A stretch of 64,000 bases of DNA from Phoronis australis (lineage: Eukaryota; Animalia; Phoronida): positions 124,001 through 188,000 of the forward strand of contig NMRA01000433.1 of assembly GCA_002633005.1 (NCBI GenBank). The letters run 5' to 3'. Under the pieces are notes generated by a model. That model saw nothing but the letters and a program-made list of their open reading frames with translations, had not been told where the DNA came from and ran no database searches. Positions 48,965 to 59,330 of the stretch are shown here, piece after piece. Numbering within the stretch: the stretch's first letter is position 1; every line of letters begins with the position of its first letter. A program made the position numbers and the translations under genes.

Positions 48965-51900
48965 CTGAAATCCAGTACATAACTGATAGTTGATAAATAT
49001 GCATTTCAGTCATCATTGTTCTAAAAACTACACACCGAAATATCACAACGCCAATATGCCCAGTTCAAACTTTCGAGAATTGTACTAACCATGCCACCAG
49101 CTTTTCTACCTCCTTAAAAGAATGAGCTGAATTCGGGATACCGCCATTGTAGTTATCAAGTCACTACATCTTATACACGTGTACATGTACGAAAGAAGAC
49201 AGCTGATGATAACTAACGACACTTTTATAAATTCTGAGAGGTATCATGGCGCTAAAATCACTCTTTCTGCCTTGCGTTGCCCACTGTTTAATTACAAACT
49301 AATGATTCGCTTACCTGAAATTTATCATAGTCCTTGCACTTGAAACTTTTAAAGGCACAGTCTCCGGCTTTTACAGACATGAGATAGAATTTCCAAGCGT
49401 GCGAATGCTCATAGATCTTAATCGGCGTCGGGTTGTGTCCGCCATTTGGGTAGAAATCAGCATGACCTTTGTCACTGTATGAGACTAACGTGTGAATCTC
49501 GTCCACGAAGTCAGCGTCAGAGGGATCTAAGGTGTCGTCTACGTCATCCTTATCGAAGCCATACTCTGCTGTATCCATGCCTGTCAACCAAAGCACGTGC
49601 ATACATTTGAACTTGAATGCAACTGAACTTGTGCGCACCCAGCCTAAAGTATATGGGACTCGAATTTTTCAGTTTGTGGACCTTTTACTGAAAAAAACGG
49701 GTGATTAAAAAAATATAAAACGGGGTACTACGTTGAGACCTATGAATTGTGCATTTGCGCCGAATTCCTGTGGACTTTTCTCACGTTTTCTCGGACATTT
49801 TTTCTCTGAAGCGGACCTTTTCGCCCACCTCGCCAAATGGGGGACTCGTTAGAGCGCGTAGTGCTGAACTGACACGAATACAATAGAATAAGACACAATA
49901 ATGTAGAAATCAACACCGGTATATAAATCCAGGTTCTCTGTGAACGAATTATACGTGAGACAATAGTCCACATGACTTGCGCGGAATCTCTTTTTGTGTA
50001 GAACTGTTATGAGACATTGTCTGGACGGGAAACTAATCTTAATATGAACTCGAAATTCGACTCGAAAAAATCGTATGCATGCGAATTAGTACTCGAATCA
50101 TGGTGCGTGACTGGTTAGGTCTCGAATCAAGACTACATTCGAACACTAGATCCTGGGTCCAGATCAGCATAAGCCGCGTGAGTCTACCATATTCTACAGA
50201 TGAAGACCTTACAAGGAGACCTACCTGAAATCCTGGCAGGTTTAGGGTTTAGGTGTTTTCCCACGAACCCTGACACCTGTCCGCCAAGACTGTGACCAAT
50301 AAGGTGGAGGTCCTGTCTGGACGCACCGCCCTCTCGTTCAAGGAATTCTGCGCTCGTAAAACACAAGAAAACCACTTAGTATTCGAGGGAATGCGTTCCA
50401 TAAAGCAAGTTCCTTGCGAGATAAATGACACCAAGAAAGTCATCAGGGATATTTAAAGGCACTTCAAGCGAAGTACAGCTTTTAATATACATGTACTTTC
50501 GAGTGTCTTGCGTCTACACAACCTGTCCTAGGGCATGGGGTTTAATCTCTGAACTCGTACTCGAATTAAAAATTATTTTGACATTTCCGAGCTCATAACA
50601 AGTGTACGTCTAATTGTGTTTGTGTGTAATAGGCTTTAGGTGTATGAATATTTAATCCTTGTTCGTGCTCATTGACCACTGAAGCGAAAATCTGGAAGTT
50701 GATTTTAAGTTTGTAGCTAATTTAACTGTCACCTTATTGGAACTTACAAAAATTTCGTTAAAGTACCCGTAGACAGGGAAGCAGGTGGTTAAATTGAGTT
50801 CGTAGGAAAGTACCACGGAATATACTTCGGCTTCAAGATTAGACGTCAGGTTCTGATGTGCAACGTCAATGTCAACGTACTGAGTCATCAGAATGTCGTC
50901 GCGTTTACCAAAATTACTGACGTTCTGATTCAGTTCTCATCGTCATCGTCATTCTAACCGCAGTTATCACTGCCACAACCATGGTCAACGTCATCACCAA
51001 TCCCAACGTCATTTTATCGTAATCTATTTTGCCCGGGGTACGCCACGAGCTATGTTGCAGAGTAAAACAAGAGGAGGATTGCGAATATTGTCATTTATTA
51101 TGACGTAAATAGATTTATCGTCACTGAATTTAGTAATCTATGTGCATTTCAGATTTAATGTGTTTATAAAACGCAATTATACTAATTCAGACAATGCAGC
51201 TGATTAATTAACTCCTCTTCTAAAGTTGCCCTCAAATGAATCCGAACCAATCTCACTGAAAAAACGTCTCGTTCCAGGAGAACTGATAACTAAATTAGGG
51301 GAAAGATGAATCGCCGATCTCACGGTTAAGCGCCAAGTATATCCCTGAACGCAGTTATCGTTATATCATGTAGTATGGCACACGCATTACCAATAACGTC
51401 GTAACAATCAGACAGAAAATCGCAGGATGTGGCTGTGCAGAGCACTCACTTTGTAAGAGCCTCGACCATTTTTAGTCACTGCCACAAATGCTTAAACTGT
51501 CACCATGTTCATTAATCCCGTTATCGGCAAGATTCTGTATAACTCATCCAGGTGTAGAGGCAGGGATGGATCAAGAATTTTTTTAAAAAAGGGGGTCCAA
51601 CTAAACATTTCGAAAATTCTAGTATTGATGTCACTCAAATCAAGGGAAAAGGGGGACCGGAACCCCTTGACCACCACCCCCCTCCTGGATCCAGCTATGA
51701 GAGATTACTTACCTACAAACTGAGCAGTAATTCTACCAACAAATCGCGTGTGCCTGGCCGGTTTAACGTAGAACGGCATCCACGCAATCTTCCCCCAGTC
51801 AACGTAAATGATGTTCAGGTCTTCCTGCATAGAAAATATGAATTTTTAAATGTTTAGATGCAAGCAATCTATTAGTCCTTAAAGTATACAAGTATACAAG

Positions 51901-54558
51901 TATACAAGTATAAAAAACTAGATATCTACGAAGGAATTCTTGCTTCCAATAGTACTATGTACCTTCTCCAGTAGGGCATCCTTGAGAGGCTCCAACCACG
52001 TTGCCATTGGTGACGATATCCCACCAAACCAGCCATGTATCAAGAATTTTGTTGGACGGTTACCGTCGAAGGAAGAGTCCTTCAAGCTTTTGGCGTCGTT
52101 GATTTTGATCACCTGTCTCGCATCATGATCTTTATTCTGCCTGCGTGAAACAAAAAGATTAAAATAAAATTCACTAAAAAATAAGAACGTGTGTTATTGA
52201 AAGTTTATAAAACAAAAAATCCTTTGTGGTCAGCTTTTCTTACCTTCCTATAAGTTCATAACATTGACATTTCAATCTGTCCGCTCACTGATACACAGTG
52301 GAAAACAGTGGAAACACGTTGAATTTAATACTCTTGAGTAAAACTATTCCGCAGATATTCAAATTCATAATAAATTCAAAGCACTTTACCTGGTAAAAAG
52401 ATAATAAAATATGTCACTGACTTCTGGCTCTCCTACAAAAGAAGTTGTACAAGTTATAATTGGTCTCTCAGACAGGTATTGCAGTGTGATGGTTGTCTCC
52501 ACGCAAACTGAAACGTGTTGCAGAATGCATAGTCCTTTACCAAGCACGCAGCTTGTGCACAATGCTGGCCGAGTGGGAACGTTTAGCTACCGTCTGCTCA
52601 CTCTCCAGTAAAACCAAGTGAGATATGTCGCGGAAACTTGTTTTATCTCGGCAACTTCGCACGATTCTAGGCTATTTTAATATGCCTGATATTCAATTGC
52701 TCTATATTCCTTGGGGTGACCTAATAAGAATGTCGCCATACATGTAAATTCATGCATTCAGGTAGCCACGCGGGACCCTCATCCTACGAACGCACCAAAG
52801 CTTAAGTCTGGGGGGGATTTAGAGGGTAACCAAACCGAACATGGACAATAACTAAGACGTTACATCTGAGATCCAAAATATCATCAAGTCACGGTACGTC
52901 GCACAAACACACAATTCTTTTTTGGTATTTTCAGTTCTAATTCTCATCTGTTTTATTAACTGTGTTCTAATTGGAAATTTTATGCTAAGTGGGCACCTAC
53001 TGTACTTTTTCGGAATTGTTGGGCGTAAGCGCTATTTCGTTATTCTACTAGAAGTTCTTTTGTTGATCATGGTCGTTAAAATGAGCATTTCTGAATTCGT
53101 CTCCTTTGAACATCAAATTATTAACGGCCATTAACAAAGTTTCGCTTGCATCCCGATGCATTAATGTTTCATAATCAAAATTTAACTTAAAAGTCCCGTT
53201 GAAAATCTCGTACTTAACGAAGGTCTCCTCGTCATCATAACTGTAACAGTCACCGTGAGATAGTGGTATAGTTGTGAAGAGCTGAGAGGGAACCTCCCCC
53301 CCCCCATGCTTTAGTGCAAACAAAAGTTTAGTATATGGGATATAACCTTTTTACTCGAAATCGAGCATTTCGCTTTCTCATTCTCCTTTTCTATGAATTA
53401 TCTGTTGTCATGTGCTTCAGTATATTATGGCACGAACAAACCATTGTGTAATCCAAATTTGCATTTGGTGACCCCCAAATTCGATGCTACAAACTAGCTT
53501 GAAAACTTGGGATTTGGAGTTCCGACTCATACTAATGAATTTAAGGCTGGGGTCAGCAAGTGCAAAATACATGTAGAGTTACACAGCCATTCACGTAAAC
53601 TATAATGGACTTGAGCACAGAATAATACACATTTATCGTCAGTTTGTAGCAAATAGGAACAGGAAATGTGAAAAATAAATCACGATTTTTACTTAAAGGA
53701 TTAGATCACACACTCTGATCTCGATCTTACGGATTCACTGTAGCTACCTGGAATGTATTCCTCAAAGATAGCTACTTGGAACATACTCTCAGCGAGAAAT
53801 GTTGGTTTACCAAACAGAAAAAATATTCGACCTACCGTCTCAGCCAACCAATAACTCGTGCAGATGCCATTTTTCAAGTGTGCATGAAGTCTGGGAATGT
53901 TTTCTCACGAAGACTTCCATGATTATGCGCTTTCACGAGATTCTCGCGTTTATGGCACGGAGCCTGTTACCCTGGGTCCTGTGAAGCGCTGTTTGCACTG
54001 TCCGAGTTGTACACGGAAATCGTATAGAGGTATTTGAATTGAACCATGTGGATAGCACTTAATACCGACCGGAATAGAAGCTTACATCCATGGTTCTCGC
54101 AGATGCGGGACTTGCATTCGACGGGAAGCCATTTTTGTCAGCAAAGAGGCCAGTGACGACAAGTACACATAGGTTTAATATTTTGAAATAAGTTTGCCTA
54201 TATTCAAAACATCAATTCTGTTAAACAGGAAAGTACTCGAGGGGGACGCAGGATGACGACTTGCCCTCTCATTTTGCTGCCAGGGAACAATCTCGTCAGA
54301 AAAAATATTCTATTTCTCCCTTACTGTCGCAAGTTTGAGTAAACTTCACGTTCTTACATTTCTAAAATGACGTATCTCGATATACACATATACTACTTAG
54401 TAAAAGTACATGTAGGCTTGTTGCTTCTTTACGATCAGCATCCCACCTATTTTTTACTTCTACATCACTGGTTCACAAGATTAATTTAGAGACAGAATCC
54501 TACCTAAAGCGGGGCTCGCAACCAACGCCAAAAATACCGTGCACGCAATCGCCTTCAT
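48839..54558 (-). CDS. Lipase C: secreted pancreatic-lipase/phospholipase A1-family hydrolase, 300 aa, cysteine-free mini-lid, no PLAT domain
   Basis: complement(join(54504..54558,52390..52432,51963..52140,51713..51824,50225..50347,49315..49580,48839..48964)) = 903 nt, open, all introns GT-AG. Signal peptide MKAIACTVFLALVASPALG, YYLFTR, FLIHGW, NIIYVDW, HLIGHSLGG, GMDTA, DADFVDEIHT, GHADFYPNGG, EHSHAW, NHMGY. An AATAAA overlaps the stop codon. Confidence 0.94.
49315..49580 (-). CDS. Lipase C exon 6 (catalytic Asp and His)
   Basis: tgacag|...|gtaagc; GMDTAEYGF...GHADFYPNGGHNPTPIKIYEHSHAWKFY...CKDYDKFQ. Confidence 0.94.
50225..50347 (-). CDS. Lipase C exon 5 (catalytic Ser)
   Basis: gcgcag|...|gtaggt; EFLEREGGASRQDLHLIGHSLGGQVSGFVGKHLNPKPARISG. 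Confidence 0.93.
51561..51699. mobile_element. hAT-like MITE (CAGGG..GGATC...GGATCC.(C)C.(A/C)TG type); related ends at ~7470-7628 and ~38507-38720
   Basis: Imperfect TIR CAGGGATGGATCAAG / CTGGATCCAGCTATG with G and C runs inside. Confidence 0.5.
51713..51824 (-). CDS. Lipase C exon 4
   Basis: atgcag|...|gtaagt; EDLNIIYVDWGKIAWMPFYVKPARHTRFVGRITAQFV. Confidence 0.93.
51963..52140 (-). CDS. Lipase C exon 3
   Basis: acgcag|...|gtacat; QNKDHDARQVIKINDAKSLKDSSFDGNRPTKFLIHGWFGGISSPMATWLEPLKDALLEK. Confidence 0.92.
52390..52432 (-). CDS. Lipase C exon 2
   Basis: ttgtag|43 nt|gtaaag; (G)EPEVSDIFYYLFT(R). Confidence 0.9.
54504..54558 (-). CDS. Lipase C exon 1 (signal peptide)
   Basis: ATG at 54558; MKAIACTVFLALVASPAL, phase-1 donor gtagga. 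Confidence 0.85.
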
Positions 54559-55429
54559 AATCAGGGTAGCGACAGTGTGTTCATGTGAATTGCAAACCTG
54601 CAACACGGCGTTTTTAAATGTGTGGTCAACTTATGTGAGAAAAGTAAAATGCCAAGATAAGAACTGATAGTCTTGTCGGTCTACTTTCTAAAAATACCTT
54701 TGAACTTGTTTGCTCCTGTTTAATTGTGGACATTACTTCACTGAAAAGTTTACATTTCGTGTTCTCCAATGAAAAAGTTGTAAAAATTCAGATGACAACT
54801 ACAGTGTAGTTGCGACTGGCACCTTAAACTTATATGGTTACGTACAGAACCACCGCATTTTTCATTTTTTATATGCATGTTGAAAAACTATGTTGTCTTT
54901 GAAATCATTTTGACTTTGGTCATTTGAAATGCAGTAATTTGCGTATTGTAGATAAAAATGTTGTCGTGTCGGCATATACACCAATCATTCTTAGGATGAA
55001 TGTTTTATATGCCATTCTTATTATTATATAGAAAAAGAGAACGAAAAGTTCAACAGATTTGAAGATGGTTATTAGAACTCGAGAAAGGATTGTTTTTGAG
55101 CAAATATTCAAAAAGGTTTGCCTCTGTTTTCTAGGTCAAAATTCAACGAACAACACTTTTGGTGCCGTCGTCTGCCATTTTTCAAGATGGCCGCTAGTTC
55201 GCTTTGAGTCACAACTTCAGTGAAGCTCCGGAAACTGCCATCAATAATCTGTTGATGACAAAAAATGAAATACTCGTAACACAAGGTCAAGTAAGAGCAA
55301 TAAAAATGCGAACGGTGCACACTCAGACCCTCTCATACAATAAGCCAGTGATACCATGTGACCGCAACCCATGAAAACATAATATCAGGTGCTGCATGAG
55401 ACAGCTTTGCAGGTTTTCCAGCTATCTTC

Positions 55430-55492
55430 TATAATAATAATAACAATAACAATAACAATTATAATATTAATAATAATAACAATAATAATAAT
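55430..55492. repeat. (TAA/CAA)n microsatellite
   Basis: Visible trinucleotide run. Confidence 0.9.
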
Positions 55493-56329
55493 GTTTGTTG
55501 TACATCGTAGGCTTTGCCTACTCATACATACAATGTAAATACATAAATTCAAACGTATATTAAGAATATTTACACGGAGAGAAGTTCTTTCCTTAAAGCC
55601 GCCATAGCCTTCTGAATATACAATGCGAGGCGCTGGATGCTGTCATGATACTTCTGATGGAATATCCTAACAAGAATGTTGACAGACTTTTTGTTTACAT
55701 GCGTATTAGCTTGTAGGAATGCGATGTTGTTCTGAGTGGCGGATTTAGATGGAATTGTAAGGGAAACACAGTTCCTTAAAATTGTAACATTTCATAATTA
55801 AGTCGTCTCAATTAAAATTCAAAAGATTAATCAATTTCCTGCGTCATATGCTTTGTTTGCATATTTCAAAGAACGAATTCTAGTCAACAATCTTGCCTCT
55901 TCACATAGGATCCCAAACTTGTTGGATCGATCACAACAGCAGTGCCATTAACATCTGATTTTTCCTCAACTTGCCAAGAACAAAAAGGGAATCCATGCAC
56001 ATAGCTTCATGTTATCTTGTTTAGAACCAGAGCAGTTAAGGTCATGCCTATCTTTACAAGTGACGATGGCTGTCAAATAACAGGTGCTGTCACCGGTTGT
56101 GATCGAACGTGACCCCAGGCACTCGTCCATAAAAATTATACATTCATGTTCCGTTTTTCACGAGTTTGAAAACCACACTAACTTGAAACGTGCACAGTCG
56201 ATAAAGATAGGTTGAGAAAAATGGCGACTTTCTTATCAGCGTCATTGGTCAATCCCTGTTCTTGTTTGTGAGAGAGTGATACTCAAGATATTGGCGATGA
56301 CATTCAAAAAGAGCATATATAATGATGAA

Positions 56330-57020
56330 GAGAAGTCGTGACAATGAAAACGATGAAGAAGGAGATGGGCATTATGTTTTACGGTGACTTCATGAGGCGG
56401 TAATGACTGCTGTTGAAAATGACTGTGTTGGTGATAGTTGATGGCTGAAAACCGAGGTTGGCGGCGGTGATGGTTTATCAATTGTGGCAATGGAAAGTGA
56501 AATGATGTTGGCGATGATGATGGTGATGATGATGATGATAATGATGCCGGTGGTGGTTAGGGTAATGATCACAACGAGGGCGACGATGATTATGATTATG
56601 ATGATGATGATGATAATGACTTAGCTGATGACGATGATGACAATGATGATAGTTATGTAGAGGTTTATGGTTATGATAACGATAGTGATTCTGATACGAT
56701 ATGACGATGGTGGTGATGCTGATGATGACGATCATGATAATGGTTATGGTGATGGAGATTGTGATGATATTGGCAGTAACGGTTTTGTTGTGGTGGTGAC
56801 TGCGAATGGAGAGATGAAGGTGTTGATGAAATTGGTAATGATGTTCATAATAACGATAGCGATGACGACAATGACGATGGTGATGGTAACCATGGTGGTA
56901 GAGGTGATGTTGGAAATGATGATGGTGGTGGTGATGGTAACGGTGATTATAATAATCATGATGCAGGAGCTGCTACTGGTGATAATGGTGCTGATGATAA
57001 CTGCCAGCGATTATCATGAG
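56330..57020. repeat. Degenerate (GAT/GGT)n low-complexity tract
   Basis: Long GAT/GGT-rich run that generates spurious His/Met/Ile-rich ORFs. Confidence 0.9.
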
Positions 57021-57259
57021 AATGATTCTTTGATAAGTTTCAGAAACAGAAATTAACATTGGAATACAATAGAAAAGAAAAGAAAATAAAAAAAACGGAA
57101 ACACATTCACTTTTACATTCACACACACCAGTTCTATTTCAATTTATACTGAATGCACAAGGGTTTTAAAAAATCCCAGCAAGTCAGGGGGTGATTCTTT
57201 AGATTTCACCGTTATACTTTTCCATGTCTCGACAATGTCAATCAAAGTTGGACTAAATC

Positions 57260-59030
57260 TCTTAAGTAAAGGGATACATGAAAACTTGGAACAAGTATAT
57301 ATGAGTTAAAGTCAATATATGATGGATTTCAAAGCAATTATTCCCAAAGTATGCAAATAGCAGGACACGCTTTTCAGCCAGTAACAGCTTAGCTCCAACA
57401 ACATTTGAAATACATGTTTGTAATTCATTCCAAAAAGAAAGTACATGCTCACATTCCAAAAACAAGTGATTAAAATAACATAAAAGGTTTAATTTGCAGG
57501 TCAGCAAACGATTCTAACAAACTGCGTCCCACATCAGGTACTGATATCTCTCTGACGAGTAATACATCTTTTGTCCCTAGCGTATCAGTCTGATCCGGTG
57601 CTAAGTCCTGCATACTGCTGGCTCTATCATTAATCGCAATATTCGACATTTTCACTACCTCGACCACAGCATTGTACTTTATCCAATTGCTTAAATTATT
57701 TCTTTCCTTTAAAACCTCCTATGATAATATTCATTTTCGAAATCTAACAAGTCTTTATCAAAAACAATTCTAGCATTGTAGTTGCTGATGTACAACACAG
57801 TTTTTCCATTTATCAAAATATTTTGTTATTCCATATAATTTGATATTTCAAACTAGTATTCATACGTGTTATTTGCTCCCAGGACCATAACACATCAGAG
57901 TACAATAGGCTGGAATTTTCTATAAGCATTTTTATAAGCATAATTAGCCTTTAAGATTAAACAACCTCCATACTTTCTATAGACATATTTAAAGGATATA
58001 TCCCATCCTTTATTTTTCCTTCTGAAAACGTTTATTCCTTTTCATTAACAATGACTTATACAAAATGTTGACATCTGGCGCAGCTAAGCCTCCCCTTTCC
58101 CTACTATTAACAACATTATCTCTTCTAATTCCTGGGGGATTATTTTGCCAGATGAAACCCTGGATAATATTATTCATCTCCCGTCTTTTGTTAGGAGGCA
58201 TACCTAAGGTATTCACAGTATAAATTACTTTGGACATAGCAAAGGTTTTGTTCACCTCAATTCATCAAAGTAGAGAAACATTGCGGCTTTTCTATACATC
58301 TAATGTTTTTTTATTTTTTTTTTTAATTTTGTCATCATTATTACGGGCATTTTTTTCCTTATTGTGCCCAAAATATATGCCCAAACACATGATTGGCCTT
58401 CCAGACCATTTAAAGTTACACAAAATTCCCTTGCATTCCTTATCCTTGCCAAGATGAAGGCCTTCACAAAGATTTGTATTTAACTTTAATCCAGACACTT
58501 CCACAAAACTTTAAAGGAAGTCTAGTAAATTGAAACCCAATTTCTTGTCCTGAAGAAATATCGTTGTATCGTCAGCATACTGCAATACCTTAAATTCATT
58601 TCCTTCCATATTACTATCTCAAATCAAATTACTAATTCTGATATAATTCGTCATTATTTCGATACATAAACAAAATTACTGACCTGACAATGAGTCCCCT
58701 TGTCTGACACCTCTTTTAAGTTGAACATAGTCAGTGGACAGGCCATTGTTAATTACACAGAATGTGGGGTTGTTATAGAGAATGTTAACCCATGTTTAAA
58801 ATTGGGGTCAAAAGTAAACGCATGCAAAACTTTATGCATAAATTTCCATTCCATTGTGTCATGTGTTTTTTGAAGGATGTGGCCTTAAATTTTATTAAAG
58901 TCTGTCTATGCAATAGCATCTTCTATTATTCTTATATTGTAACCAATAAATCTCCCTTTAACATTACTTTAACAATATGTATCAACTGCTTCATATGGGT
59001 ATTTAAAACTTTAGTAAACAGTTTGTAATC
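57260..59030 (-). mobile_element. Decayed L1/Tx1-clade LINE ORF2 fragment (RT and C-terminal region)
   Basis: Minus-strand motifs in order: LKRGVRQGDSLSG (~58685-58722), KVLQYADDTTIFL (~58553-58592), SGLKLN, LGIYFG, GGLAAPD, HLFLEC..V..FW; many stops and frameshifts. Confidence 0.9.
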
Positions 59031-59276
59031 AATCATGATTGATTATGATTGATTATGATGAGTACTGTGATGGTGGTGTATATGGCACAGATGGTGGTGT
59101 ATATGTACATGGCACAGATGGCCAAACTCCCATTAAGCCGTGACACTGTTGATAGGTGAACCTTATACGTCACTAATGCAATCTATGCTCCAGCTGTGGA
59201 GTGGCTGAACTACATCTAGTCTCAAAAAGCTTAGCTGCGCTGCAAATATCGGAGCGTCTTTCATTTGCAGGCAAAC

Positions 59277-59330
59277 ATGAGTCACAGAATCGTCTTAATA
59301 GTCGCACTGGTGGCACTGACGCTACTCCAG
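59277..59330 (+). CDS. Colipase/prokineticin-fold gene, coding exon 1 (signal peptide)
   Basis: caaacATG...CAG|gtaaca; MSHRIVLIVALVALTLLQ, phase 0. Confidence 0.85.

Noticed and set aside
56242-57056. His-rich and Met/Val/Ile-rich ORFs on both strands (also 60391-60718)
   Set aside because: They are translations of (GAT/GGT)n low-complexity DNA, open in several frames at once and without splice or domain context.
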